A DNA stretch of 64,000 bases from Chloropicon primus. Lineage: Eukaryota. The stretch is from the NCBI GenBank assembly GCA_023205875.1, contig CP060756.1:248001-312000 (forward strand), written 5' to 3'. Each line of letters begins with the position of its first letter. Positions within the stretch are counted from its first letter, which is position 1. Below, one piece after another: positions 29,839-42,500 of the stretch. The notes beneath the pieces are model-generated. The model had not been told where the DNA came from. It searched no databases and saw only the letters and a program-made list of their open reading frames with translations. The position numbers were made by a program, and so were the translations under genes.

Positions 29839-32800
29839 ATGAATAGGTGAGAATTTCATTCTACATTGCATTTGGGTATTGGGTCCAAGGTGTATTGAAC
29901 TAACGAATTGGACTTTAAATTGTTTCAGGGCGTTTACCCCGAGGAAAGGGTTGAACGAGATCTTGCAGGACGAGGCCTTGTATCCGCGACGGTCGCCCTT
30001 GCCCTCGAGCAGCAAGAAGGGCTTTGTAGACGGTAAGGCGCTTTATGCGTGTCCCATTCTCTCTCCCTCCCTCTCTCTCTCTCTCTTGCTCTCTCTGTGC
30101 GATCCAACAAGGGACAGAACTCTGACGGGCTGCTTGCTTTGGTTGAACAGAGGAGACGAGGCAGATCGTGTTGTCGGAGGATCCCCACCAGGGTCTGCAG
30201 AACGGTGACATCGTTTACTTTTTGTCGGAGAGGAACGACCCGTATGTTGTGCGGAGCGTCCAGTCAGACCAGGCGGAGAGGGGCTCCCTTCATGCCTTCG
30301 CTCCCTGCGAGGACGGCAGCGTGGACGCCAGCCACCAGAGTTGCTACTTGGAGGTGGTCAGGGAAGGAAAATGGATCGGATTTCGATCCATGTACGCCCA
30401 GAACAAGTTTCTGCAAGCGCGGAGGAAGGGGATGGACAAGCTTTGCTTTTTCAATGCGAACTTTGGAACCTGGGAGCAGTTTGAACTCTTTCCTCAGGAC
30501 ACGGACGTGACCGTCTCGTGGAGCAGACTGAACTTGACCTTCCAGTCGAGGCGGCTCTCGCAGTTCCGGATCCAGGTGACCGTGTGCAGGGTGGGCCACT
30601 TCAGCGGCTCAAAGTCCCTCTTCGACCCGAAGCTGACCATGCTGAACTCCAAGGAGGACCAAAGGCAAGTCCTGACGCGGGTCTCCGACGTCATGGTCAA
30701 GGAGTGGGTCAAGTTCGTGGAAAACGAGATTCAGGAAAGGGAATCGACTGAGGAGAAGATCCAGCTGATGAGGAAGGACACGAAGCTTCTGCATCAGTGG
30801 ACGACGAACAGGCTGGTGGAACTGAAGGAGAGGGCAAGGGGGGATATTGGGATCCTTCAGGAGGCGCTGGACAAGACCAACGCTTACGCCAGGTTCAAGA
30901 AGCAGCAGCTCAAGGCCGCGGAGGATGATCTGAGGAGTCACTGCTTGGTGATCTTTGACGCGGTCAACAAGAGAAGGGACATGAAAAGCAAAGTCTCCTC
31001 GTTCGTTCTCTGGCAGAAGTACACTGCGAAGAACGCGCTGGAGCACTACACGGAGAGCCAAATGTCTCGGCTTCGGAGCAAGATACTCCTGAACTTTGTG
31101 TTTGGCAAGTGGCGTGGCCACACGATGGGCACGTTGCAATCCAACCGAACGGTTGCCGGGTTCCAGAGGAAGCAGGAAGACAAGCGAGCAAAGCTCGTGC
31201 TCAGAGAGTGGACCAGGGTCCACCTGCTGCGCAAGGAAGAAAACCATAGAGTCGCGCAATACTCGAGGCACATGCAATTAGTCAAGCTCAACACGTTGAT
31301 GTGCTCCTGGCTCGGGCTAGTAGCGTTCAGAAAGAAAGTAGAGGTTGGGCTCCGAATTCACAAGGGGTTGACCCAGCTGCACAACAAGCTCAAGCTTCAG
31401 AGAATCTTGTCGAATTGGAGGCACGCGACAGCAAAGAAGAGGTTCAACAACCACATTCTGGGCGCGTTCACCGTGAAGAGCGAGCAGAATAGACTGAGAA
31501 ACAGCTTCAACAAGCTTCGCTCGTATGTTCGGGGTCAGAAGCGCGTCCAGACATCCCTGGCCCTCTACTCGGCAAAGTGGCAAAGGCTCATGCACGCGAG
31601 AGTGTTCCAAAGTTGGGCCTTGGTTGCCAGCATCTCCAGCGAGATCGAGAACCAAAAGGCGGTTTACTTCACCCTGACGACGTTCCTGGTCAAGCCGTTT
31701 TTGCACTGGAGGAGGGCCATTAAACAGAAGAAGCGGCTTTCGTGCATGGGAGAGAACTTGAGGAGGCAGCACAAGACGCTGCTCCAGAGGAGGGTGCTGA
31801 TCTCTTGGAATCTCTTCGCGATCAAGGCTCTGGATTACAAATTCAAGCACAAGGTGATTGCCAGGGCGAACGCCCTCGCGACGTCAAGAAGGACCTTCGC
31901 GCTGTGGCACGACTTTTGCATGAGCAAGAATTGGAGCAACAGCCGCATGCAGATCCTGCAGAGGAAGCGGGACAGGTCCAACCTGAGAAAAACGTTCGAG
32001 TCGTGGGTGTACCACGTGGAAGAGAGGGAGAGAAGTGTCTCGGAGTTCGTGCAGAAGGCCCAAAGGGCCAAAATGCGGTTCTGCCTCTCGAAATGGAGGG
32101 ACCTGCCTCACCTGAACAGGGAGAAGTCTTTGAGGAAGGACGTGCACCACAAGATGACGCAGCTTTGTCAGAAGAGGAAGCTCGCGAGAATTTTGAAAGT
32201 CTGGGCAGACCTTCGCTCGGAAGCAAAGCGCATGGAGAGAATTTTGGAGGTTCTCACCAGGCACTCACAAAGGAGGGCTACCCACAAATTCTTTTCACGG
32301 TGGAGGGAGAGTTGCAAAGACAAGCTCCTCTTCCACGAGAGGTCCCTGCAAAGGATGTCGCTGCAGAGGCTGAGGACCTTCTTTGCCTCGTGGCTGAACA
32401 TCGTGCTGTCTCACAATGAGAAGAGGAGTCTGTTCGAAAGGTGTCGCAGAAGGCTGAACAAGCTGACGTTGTCCCACTGCCTCGCAAAGTGGAAGGCCTA
32501 CAAGGAAGTGTCGTGCGTGCAGAGAAAGTTCGCCATGCAAATCAGGGACAAGATGGACGGGTCTTTGAGGCGGGCCGCTTTTCACGCCTGGATCGATATC
32601 CTTCTGGAGCAGAGGCAGTCCACCGAGCTGGTTGAGAAACTTGTGAGGAGGTTCTCTCACAAGCTGCTCACGAGGATCTTCCTGGAGTGGAGGGCCGGGA
32701 TCAAGCTCTTGGTCCACTATCGCAACACCGTGGTCCGCTTCAACAGGCGGTCGAACCAAAGGATGCTGAACGATGTCTTGGCCGAGTGGGTTCACATCGT

Positions 32801-33965
32801 GAGGCAGAGAAGGGTCTTGAGAAGATCCCAGGCCCTGCTGGAGTCCCGGCTGAGAAGGAGGAAGCTGTTCCGCTCGTTCGTCGAGTGGTGCGCCTGGGTT
32901 CGGGGGAAGATCAGGGACAAGGCCAGGGTGGGCGCGGTGCGTGGAAAGAGGGACGGCCGGATCAAGAGGCACGTCTTCGTGGCGCTCGCGGAGTACGCCT
33001 GGCGCAAGCGGTCCACGCAGCTCAAGGTCGACAGATCGCTGATCGCCCTGAAGCAAAAGGCACTGAGGCGAACCTTCTGCTCTTGGATTGGCACGGTGGT
33101 TCACGCCAGGAGACTGAACATTGTTTGCAACAGGCTCCTGGAGAGGCAAGCCTTTATCTCCAAGTCGAGGGCCTTCGACTTGTGGGTGAGCAGAATTCAC
33201 AAGAAGAGCGAGTCCCTCTCCAACATCCGACGGTGCGTGAAGCGAAAGCAGGTGTCCCTGAACTTCTTCCTGTCCTGGTATTGGGATGCGCTGGACGACG
33301 ACGTCCAGTTCACCCTAACGAACATTCTGCACAACGCCGCGCCTTCGGACACGTTCGTGGGGAGGGACTACAAGCCCCTCTTCAAGAGCGAGTCGCCGGT
33401 GATGCCCAGAAGCAGGCAAAGCCCCAAGGGGGGTTTCGACCTGACGCTCAACCCCCTTGCGTCCAAGAACCTCTTGCCGAGGCTGAACGCGGAGAGCATC
33501 CAGGTCTCGCCCGAAGAAATCCCCGTGAGGAGCCAGGAGCCCTCGGAGGTCCTGGCAGCCTCTCCGTCCTTCCGGGAGTCCGAGGGGGAGACCGAGTCGT
33601 CGGAGGAGACCGAGTCGTCGGGGGAGGCCGAGGGACTCCGGGGGGGCGCGACCCCCTTGAAGGGAACCCCTCCCGGCCTGGAAAGGCTGTCCATCCCCCT
33701 CGGAGCCGATGAGCTTGGGCTGGAGAGCTCCGCGGTCTCCGTGGGCCTTGCGGAGCTGCTCCAAGACGAGGACGAAGCCTTCCTCGAGGAGTTCAACTCC
33801 CCTGTCGGCTCGCTGGTCACGACCCCGGTGGCCTCCCGGCTCGCCTCCCCCCTGGCCTCCCCCTTCAGGGGCAAGAGCAGGGCCAAGAAGATCGAGAAGT
33901 TCGTCACGTCCTTGGACGACGAGGTCTCCCTGCGGTTGGGCCCCGAGCAGACCGACGACCCGTGA
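29839..33965 (+). CDS. Sfi1-like centrin-binding repeat protein (3 exons)
   Basis: Exons 29839-29846, 29929-30032 and 30151-33965. GT-AG introns with CTAAC/CTGAC branch points splice in frame (MNRAFTPRK...FVDEETRQIVLSEDP). About 20 basic repeats with [FL]xxW (VFQSW, PFLHW, TFALW, TFESW, FFSRW, AFHAW, IFLEW, SFVEW, TFCSW, AFDLW). Confidence 0.8.
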
Positions 33966-34377
33966 GGACAAAAGCGTAAGCGAAAGCGTACTATATATAA
34001 TAAACGTTTGCTTTTTGTGCGTTTTGGGTGCGTACGCGTATCTCTCTCTCTCTCTCCCTCTCTCTCTCTCCATACTTATGGAGTCATCGAGTCATCCATA
34101 CTTATGGAGGACAAGGACTCCGTCCGTTATCCCCAGCCTCCTGGCCTGTCCCATCAGTAAATTTTTGGGAGCGGGATCTTCCCGCGAATTTTGATCTCCA
34201 GCCAAGCAAAAAGGAAAGCGAGGAAAGCGGACGTCGTCGTCGTCGACGGGGCGTTGCGTTTTTTTTTTGTTCAGCTAGACGGACCCGGACCGGAGAAGCG
34301 CTTGCGGTCGTCCTCGACTTCTTGCCGTGCTTCCGTGCGAGCCCTTGGCCTCGGGAATCATTTTTGGTGGCGAGGGC

Positions 34378-35895
34378 ATGGAGGTCGACGAGCCCCCGTT
34401 ACGCCTGGAGATGGAGGAGGAGAGGATTCCTGCGTCCTCGCCGGAGTTCTGGGTGTTCATGGGCATCTGCATCGCTCTCGTGCTGTTCGCGGGCCTCATG
34501 AGCGGCCTGACGCTGGGCTTGCTGAGTTTCGAGGAGGTCGACCTCCTCGTGCTGATAAAGAGCGGGACGGAGAGGCAGAAGAGGCACGCGAAGCGCATCA
34601 TGACGGTGTTCCAGAGCCAGCACTGGCTCCTCGTGACGCTCCTCCTGTGCAACGCCGTGGCCATGGAGGCCCTCCCCATCTTTCTGAACAAGATCTCGAA
34701 CGAGGTGGTGGCCATCGCGGTGTCCGTCACCGCGGTCCTGTTCTTCGGGGAGATCTTCCCCCAGTCCCTGTGCAAGAAGTTCGGGCTCTCCATCGGAAGC
34801 AGCTTCTCGCCCATGGTCAAGGTGCTGATGTACGCCACGGCGATCATCTCGTACCCCCTCTCCAAGTTCTTGGACTACATGATAGGGAAGAACCACGCCG
34901 GGCTGATGAAGAGGAAGCAGCTCGAGGCGCTGGTGGAGTTCCACGGCACGGTGGAGGGCAAGGGCGGCGAGCTCAGCGGGGACGAGGTGAAGATCATCAC
35001 GGGGGCCCTGAGCCTTTCCAACAAGCCGGCCTTCATGGCGATGACGCCGCTGTCGATCAGCTTCATGCTGCCGAGCGACACGGTCCTGGACAGGGCGGTC
35101 ATCAAGAGCATCGTGGAGTCCGGCTACTCCAGGATCCCGATTCACGTCCCGGGCAGGAGGGAGGACATCATTGGCCTCATCATCGCCAAGGAGCTCCTGC
35201 TCCTGGACCCGGACGACGAAGTTCCGGTGCTCTCGACTCAGGTCAAGCTCTACTCCCTGCCGAGAATGGACGCGAGCATCTCGATGTACGACGTCTTGAA
35301 CATCTTCCAGACGGGCAAGTCCCACATGGCCGTGCTGACCTACACCGGAGGAAGCCAGGAGATCGACTGCGCCATCGACAACAACTTCAGGTGGGGAAAG
35401 GGTGGCTCCGCGAGCCCAAGCCCGGTGACGAACCCGGGAAGGAGGAGGCATGGGTCGAAGGACGAGGGGGAGGATGCTGAAGACGTGGGCCTGCTGAACG
35501 GCGCGGCCAGCAACGAGCCCTCCGGGTACAACTCGGACATCACCTCGTCTCCGGTGTACAACAAGCCGAGGGTGTTCTACAACAGCGCCGGGGAAGCGGG
35601 CCCTGGGGTCATCGGCATCATCACGATCGAGGACGTTCTCGAGGAGCTCCTTCAGGAGGAGATCGTGGACGAGACGGACAAGTACGTGGATAACCTGAGG
35701 AGCCAGGCCAGGGACGAGCGCAAGCTCATCAAGGACCTCCACCCGAGCCTCCAGAGGCTTGTCCTGGACAGCGAGGCCATGACCTCATACCTCATTCCCA
35801 TCATCCAGGAGCAGAACGAGCTACTGAGGAGCCAGAAGAGGCAGGCGAAGCAGAGCCTTCGGACGGCGCAGCAAGTGATTGATGTGAATCTGTAG
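34378..35895 (+). CDS. CNNM/DUF21 + CBS-domain Mg2+/metal transporter
   Basis: LFAGLMSGLTLGLLS, HWLLVTLLLCNA, FFGEIFPQS, GYSRIPI, FQTGKSHMA and GIITIEDVLEELLQEEIVDETD. Confidence 0.95.
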   Translation: MEVDEPPLRLEMEEERIPASSPEFWVFMGICIALVLFAGLMSGLTLGLLSFEEVDLLVLIKSGTERQKRHAKRIMTVFQSQHWLLVTLLLCNAVAMEALPIFLNKISNEVVAIAVSVTAVLFFGEIFPQSLCKKFGLSIGSSFSPMVKVLMYATAIISYPLSKFLDYMIGKNHAGLMKRKQLEALVEFHGTVEGKGGELSGDEVKIITGALSLSNKPAFMAMTPLSISFMLPSDTVLDRAVIKSIVESGYSRIPIHVPGRREDIIGLIIAKELLLLDPDDEVPVLSTQVKLYSLPRMDASISMYDVLNIFQTGKSHMAVLTYTGGSQEIDCAIDNNFRWGKGGSASPSPVTNPGRRRHGSKDEGEDAEDVGLLNGAASNEPSGYNSDITSSPVYNKPRVFYNSAGEAGPGVIGIITIEDVLEELLQEEIVDETDKYVDNLRSQARDERKLIKDLHPSLQRLVLDSEAMTSYLIPIIQEQNELLRSQKRQAKQSLRTAQQVIDVNL

Positions 35896-35966
35896 ATCTC
35901 GCGAGATGTATGATACAAGAGTGTTTGTTTTGTAATATTAACGTGCTTCCCTCGGGGCGCGGCGAC

Positions 35967-36820
35967 TCACACCACGCTGTGGTTGGAAGCCGTCCTTTCC
36001 ACCACCTCGACACTCTCGGCCCCTTCGTCGTACCTCCTGGAGCACGCCTGGACGAGCTTGACCACGAGAACGTAGCAAAGGCCGCAGAGGGAACCGATCG
36101 TGAGGCTGCTCTGGAGGTCCAGGTCGACGAAAACCACGCACAGGATCGTCGCCATCCAAGTGATGCGCAGGAAGTCGAAGGAGAGGTCGAGGGCAGGGGG
36201 GACCTGCTCGTCGCTCAAGTACACCTGCGGCGTCAGAGGCTCGTGCAAGTCCGGGACCGGCATCTCCTCCAGGTCAGGAAGGTTTCGAATCGTGGCCTTG
36301 CAGATGTCGCACTCCAGAGACCCCTTCACCGAGGCCCACTTCACCGCACACGCCTTGTGGCGGAGGGCTATGTCTCCCTTGCACTGGCACTGCAGCGTTA
36401 TCGCCTGGCGGAGGTCGAGCGAGAGGAAAGAAAAAGAAAAGAGTTTGCAGTGCGCGCGTCAGCAAAGGGTGCGAGTGGCAAAAGAAGAAGAAGAAGACCC
36501 ACCTCCCCGCTCGCAAAGTCCTCCTCCGTCAGTGGCTCCAAGCAAATCAAGCACTTCATCGCGTCGTCCTCCTTGTCCCTCGCCCCAACGCTGCTGCTGA
36601 GCTTTCGGCTCAGCGCGCGAAAGAGCCCCACGAGGTTCTCCTTCTCCCCCTCCACGACGCCCCCTCTTTTGCCCTTGCCCCCACCGCCCCCCTTGTGCCT
36701 TGCCCCTCCCCCGTTCACCTCGACGTCGCCCTCGCCTGCCATGCCGCTACTGTCCGGCCCGGCGTAGAGCGCTTCCCCCTCGTCCCCCTCCCCCTCCTCG
36801 CGCCTTCGCCTCGACGCCAT
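35967..36820 (-). CDS. RING-CH (MARCH-type) E3 ligase with two C-terminal TM helices (2 exons)
   Basis: Exon 1 at 36820-36503, intron 36502-36405, exon 2 at 36404-35967. The spliced product gives C4HC3: CLIC...CQCKGDIALRHKACAVKW...CDIC. Confidence 0.88.
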
Positions 36821-37163
36821 CGTCGTCCTCTCCTCCCGATCAAACAACCCGTCTCCACCAACGCAGAGCCCCGGCGTTATCTTTCTGAAAGCCGTTACAC
36901 TCCGAAATCTTGGGTCACACTTTACGGACGGGCTTTCAAGATGAAGGACTCGGCTCGGGAGTTGTGGATGGGCGAAGGTGTCGGTGAGAGCCTGACTGGA
37001 AGGAGATCCCTCGATGGAGAACTATCGAATAAATTACTGTATATATATATGTCTATGTATATTACTATCATGCTGACAGCAGCGGAACCTTTTTCGCGGT
37101 CGCCAAGAGGGCGGGGTGCGTCGACAAGAACAAGAACGAGCACTGCTTTGCTGCTGCTTCATG

Positions 37164-38097
37164 CTACATGTCCCCAATAACGTATTTAGCGATGAAAAAG
37201 TAGATCAGTAAACCGGTCGCATCCACGATGGTCGTCATGAGGGGCGCCGCGGTCACCGCTGGGTTCAGCCTCAGCCTCTGGGCCAGGAGTGGCAGGGCCA
37301 CGCCCAACGTGTTGGCCCACAAGGATATGATCTTGGAGGGAAAAGAATCAGGAGGTCAGTCTTGAGGTCAGTCTTCGAGGCACCATCCTCGAGCGCGAGA
37401 GGCGTCTCTTACCGGTAAGGACACTGCCACGGTCAGGGCGACCTTGGGCTCGAAGCCTGGGTATATGAAAGAGAAAGTGAAGACTCCGCAGCCCAGCATG
37501 CAACCCATCAGCGTCCCCGCCAGCCCCTCCTTGGCGGTGGCGAGGAGGTAGTCCTTTTGGGTTATCTCCCCCAAAGATATCGCCCTGGAAGAGGTGCGCG
37601 AGGAAGAACAAGGGGTGAGTCAGAATCGATTCGATGGGACACTCGCGAGATCCCTCAAGCTCCTTGCCACTGCGTCTGTGTGTGCCTGCTCTCACCTTAT
37701 GATTGTGGTGACTGACTGTGATCCAGAGTTGCCACCGTGGCCTATCAGGAGGGGGACGAAGTAAGACAGCGCCACCTGCTTTCTCAGGAGCTCCTCGAAC
37801 TGCTCCACTACGACGGTCGACATCATGAGCCCGAAGAAGAAGAAGATCAGCCAGCCCATCCTCGAACGTATTGTGGACTCGATATCCTCATCCCTTCGAT
37901 TTCCAAACGAATAAAACAAGGTTCGCGTTTACGCGCTGGTGGTTAGTCGAGCTGCGCGCGCGCGGCAAAACAATTCGAGGGGCATGCGGCGCCCCCTCCC
38001 CGATTGACCAGGCGTCGTACCTGTAGCTGGACCTCTTGCCCTTGTCCTTCCCCGCTTGTGCCTCGCCAGCCTCGTCCAGCTCAGTGTACAGAGTCAT
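37164..38097 (-). CDS. mgtE: MgtE-family Mg2+ transporter, membrane domain only (4 exons)
   Basis: Exons 38097-38021, 37893-37696, 37584-37413 and 37331-37164 splice in frame. Motifs RMGWL, FVPLLIGHGGNSGSQ and LNPAVTAAPLMTTIVDATGLLIYF. Confidence 0.88.
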
Positions 38098-38657
38098 AGC
38101 GAAACGGCCCCGTTCTCAGTCTTTGCTACGACAAAGGTCTTATCTTTCCGGAGACCATTTTTTCAGGTCTTTGAGGCCCTCGTGCCTGGCTTCCCTCTCC
38201 GCCCTCTCGGTCCCTCGACGCGCCTTGGGGTCTGCGCTGGCACTCCGTCGACAACTCCCTCTGCGTCGCCCGCTGAACGGAAACGTCAGGAGGATCATCA
38301 TCTGGAGATCAAAAGAGGGAGCTGGAGGTGGAGGACATGGCGAGGGTGGTGGACAAGGAGGGAGGGGAGGGCAATGAGGGCCAGGGGCCTTCTCACTCCC
38401 TCGCCTTCGCCTTCGCCTTCGCCTTCTCCCCCCTGGTGATCTTGATCTCTTGCTTTGCTTTTGAGAAAGAGGAGAGGATGGATGGTGGGGGCAAGCCTTT
38501 GGGGGCAAGGGGTCGTGCAGGAAGGCCTTAAAGGCGATCGCACCCAGGCAACCTTGTTTGGATGCCGTGCCCCTGAATTCGGGTCTCCCAAAGCGGTTTT
38601 CATTAGAAAAAGTCAACACAACACGTCACAAAACGCAGTTTGCGCAAACCGTTATTG

Positions 38658-39314
38658 TTATTTGCGGCAGGACTTGCTGTGCGAGGCCTTCCAGTCTCGC
38701 TTCTGGCACGCGGCAGAGCAGTAGAATGCGAGGCGGCAGCGACTGCACCTGTATCTGGTGCCCTTGTGCCCGCAGAACTGGCAGTGCCTCTCCATGTTCG
38801 CATGGGCGATGTCGTCGGGAAGCTTTGCGACGCAGCGGCGAGGGTCCTCCCCGGCCGCCTCCCCCCCCGCTGCTGCTGACCGCGAGGGCCTGTGGTTGAT
38901 GGACTGGAGCTGGCTCGGATGGACCCCAATGTTCGTGGCCGCCCTCCGCCTCAGCTCCTCGATGAGCCCGGGATTCTTCGCGAGCTCCTCGTTCAGGTTG
39001 AACCCAGACCCCGGCCGGTAGCACGCCGGGAGGTCGGTGATGTCCTCCGTGCCGTTGTCCGCGCAACCCGCGAGGAACGCGCTCGCCGGCTTTGGCCTCG
39101 CCTTCAACTCCCCGAAGATCTTGTTCTTCTCGCCGTAGTAGTTCAGAACCTCCCGCAGGTTCGGCCCCTTCGAAGGATCCCTGCAAGGGATCTGGTTGAA
39201 TAACTTATCGCTCGCTCTCTCCGCCCTCCTCCTCTCTCGTATCGCCTCCTCGCACGCCCGAACGAGCTCGCTCTCGGTCATGCCCTCCCTCGCGCTGGCC
39301 TCCGACCCCGCCAT
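38658..39314 (-). CDS. MYND zinc finger protein
   Basis: C-terminal CQFC...RCSRCRLAFYCSAACQKRDWKASHSKSC. The start (ATG 39314) is uncertain. Confidence 0.85.
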   Translation of the reverse strand: MAGSEASAREGMTESELVRACEEAIRERRRAERASDKLFNQIPCRDPSKGPNLREVLNYYGEKNKIFGELKARPKPASAFLAGCADNGTEDITDLPACYRPGSGFNLNEELAKNPGLIEELRRRAATNIGVHPSQLQSINHRPSRSAAAGGEAAGEDPRRCVAKLPDDIAHANMERHCQFCGHKGTRYRCSRCRLAFYCSAACQKRDWKASHSKSCRK

Positions 39315-39502
39315 CGCAACAAGAGCAACAAGAGCGCTGCGTGCTTCCTTCTCTCTGGCCTCCGCCGTTTCGTTTTGAGCGTTAGCGTTAGAGCTCAAAA
39401 AAATTGAAGTTTCTGGCCTCTTGCTTCTTTGCGGGTTGGGTTGGGTTGGATGATTACGATACGATTACGATTACGATTGTTGTTACATGATGCCTGAATG
39501 GT

Positions 39503-42500
39503 TTAGTTGCTGGTCAGGCTGTTCTCCTTCTCCAAGCTGTTGGCCAGCGTCGTGGTGGACTTTCCCAAGAGGCTCTGCTCGGACTTGGCCACGTTCGCGT
39601 CGTGGCTGCAAAGGACGGCGTCCTTGGGCTTCACCGCCTGCGGGGTCTTGGGCGCCTTCCTAATCGCCCTCGCCGCGATCTTTTGCCTGAGAGCCCCGAG
39701 AGCTCTTGACTTTTCGGAGACTTGGTCCTCGTAGAGCTTGCACTTGTCCAGGAGGGCGTTGATCTGCGAGTCCTTGCAAATTCTCATGGCTTCCCAAGCC
39801 TTCAACATCTTGTTCAGCTCTTTCAGCTCCCTGCCCTGCTTCTCGATCTTCGAGTTCGCTTGGGACAGGTCGCACCGCGCCTCGGTGAGCCTGGACTCGC
39901 AGGAATCGATTGCGGCTTGCTTGCTTTCCAGCGAGGCGCCCCTCTCCTCGAGCGAGGAGACCTCGGCCTTCAACTCCTTTATCCTCGCCTCCTTGGACTT
40001 GAGGGACTCTTTCAGGGCGACGGACTCCATGTGCAGAGCAAGGGCGATCTCGGAGTTCTCCTGGGCGGAGGACTTGGACTTTGCTTGCTTCCTCTTAGCT
40101 GCTTTGACCTCGGCCGCCAGAGCGCCCAAAAGGTCCGAAACATCCTTGGACGCTTCCTCGAGGTCGTCCCTGGGCGCCGAGCTCTTCTGCTCAGAAAGGG
40201 CCTTGTTGATGACTCTCAAAGATTTTTGGTTGGAGGAGTACACCTTCGCCAGCTTCCTCTTGTGCTTCTCAAGGTCCTGCGCAAAGGACTTGAGTTCCAA
40301 GTGAGCTTCTTTCAGCTTCAGCTGCAGCAGGGAAGTCCGCCTCTCCGCCTTGCCCTCAGACTCCTTCTCGAGCTCGCAGATCTGGCTCGCAAAGGCTTCC
40401 ACCTTGGCCCGGAGGTGTCCAATCTCCGAATCTCGCTTTTGGCACGCGTTTCTCCACGTGCCGATGACGCCCTCCACCGCCTTGAGCTGGTGAGCGGATG
40501 TCGACACGGACTCGCGTCCCTGCCTTTCACTGGTGGTCTCCAGGGAGATCTCCATCATGTCCTGGGTGGACTCCGCGAGGGCCTCCAGCGCATTATCGAG
40601 TATCCCTTGAAGCTGGGCGAGAGAGTTCTCCTTCGCTTGCACTTCGCCCTCCAGATCGTTGACCTTTGTCTGCATCGACGCAAGGCCTTGGCGCTTCTTG
40701 AAATTAGTGGCCTCCGCCCGTCGCAAAGCTCCTTTCAGGTTGCCGACCTCGGTCTGCAGCAAGAGAATCTCTGCCTGTGCCTCAAGACCGTCATTCTGGG
40801 TCGAGAGACTTTCCCCCTCAGTCTGCAGTGCCACGGACTGCGAAGTCTGCTGCTCGTGTGTAGTCTGGGTCGCTGCAGCTGCCACAACGCAATCCTGCCG
40901 CCGCATCGAAGGTAACGGCGCCTCGCCCGTTACGGAACACTGCTGCTGCAAAGTGGCCTCCGCTTTGTCCCTTTCGCTGCAAACAGACGAGAGCGCAGAG
41001 CGCAGCTCCCTCAGCCTGTGCTCCTTTGCCAGCAGCTCATCCTTCATGCTGCTGTTCTGCTCCAGCTGTCCGGAATACGTGGCCCTCTCCAGCTCCAGCG
41101 CTTCTTGCGCCGTTCTCGCGTCATCTTGCAAAGCCTTTGAAGCGCCCTGAAGCTTCGAGTATTTCTCGATCAGACGCATGTGCTCTTTTGCTGTGACTGC
41201 GCATTGGTTTTGGGTGACGACGAGCTCCTCTTGAGTCTTTAGCAACTGGCCCTCAAGCAGCCTCAACTTCTCTAGAGTCTTTGCCTTTTCGTCCTGGATG
41301 ACTCTGTTCGAATCGGACAACCTTTCCACCATCGCTTCCTTCTCCTCGTTTGAGACTTGAAGGCCGCGAATGGTCTCCTTGGAGCGTTGCAGGAAATTCT
41401 CTAGCTCGTGGAGATGAGAGAGCATCTCGCTTTGCTTTCCTATCGAGGTTTTGAGCAAACTGTTTTCTTCCTCCACGAGTCCAAGGCGTCCGAGTGTCTC
41501 GCTCTTCTCCTTCAATGCCGAGTTCAGGAGCGATTCCATCTCATCGATTTTCTTCGTGCTCGCGAAGGTCAAGCGCCACAGCCTGCCTGCGAGCGCAGAG
41601 CTCTTGCTCGCTTGCTTTGCCATCAATCCACTCTTTACATTCTTCACGATCTTCTCCCTGACTTGCTGAAGGCTTCTGACCTTGAGCCCCTTCAATGACC
41701 GAACCTGTTGCGACAGGCGGACGTTTCTCTTTCTCAGCGCGCTCGCCCTTAATTTCGTGAACTTGGATTCCTTCAGCTTCAAGCGCAACTTTGGAAGGTA
41801 CGCTCGAACCATTTTCTTCATGCTCTGGTACTTGGTCTTCCAGGCCTCCCCCTCGCACCTTGCTCGCTCAAGACTGTCCCTCAAGGAAACGTAGTCTCTC
41901 TCCAGATCGCAGCAGATCGAGGACTGGCTCTTCACATCTTCCGTGAGGGAGTCCAGCTGCATCTCCTTTGCATCCAAGGATTCTTTCAGCGACTCGAACG
42001 ATTCCAGAATGTTGGACTCCACGTCATCAAGGCACCTGAAGCTGCTGCTGATCTTGTACAATTGCACGTCCGCGCTCTGACCCGCTTCCTCAAGCTTCTC
42101 TGCCTGCTCTCTCGTCACGTGGGTCACCGCGTCAAGCCTGTCCTTCAGCTCGACAAGGAGGGCCTCCTTTCGTTCCAGCTTGGAATGGAGCTGCTCATTG
42201 AAGTCGATGAGCACTTTCTGCTTCGTCTGGAAATCTTTGGACAGGGACTCGCTCAGCTGAGAGTAAGATTCCATCTTCTTTGTGTTTTTGTCCAACGCGC
42301 TGGAGAAGGACGCGACCTTGTACTGAAGACGAGCAATGCACTCTTCCTTGATGTCCAGGTCTTGCTGAATGCAATCCTTGTCCCAGCCGATCTTCTTGAA
42401 ATCTTCCAAGAGCAGCTTCAAGGCTATGAGAAGCTCGGCGTCGCACATGCCCTTGACCCCGCCTTCATCTTGTGAAAGCTCAAAAGATTCGCAGGATCGC

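Noticed and set aside
34329..34360. Further weak copies of the leader element (CNNM leader; also ~18535-18552 and ~46849-46910)
   Set aside because: Only partial or gapped similarity, which cannot be separated from chance without a PWM scan.
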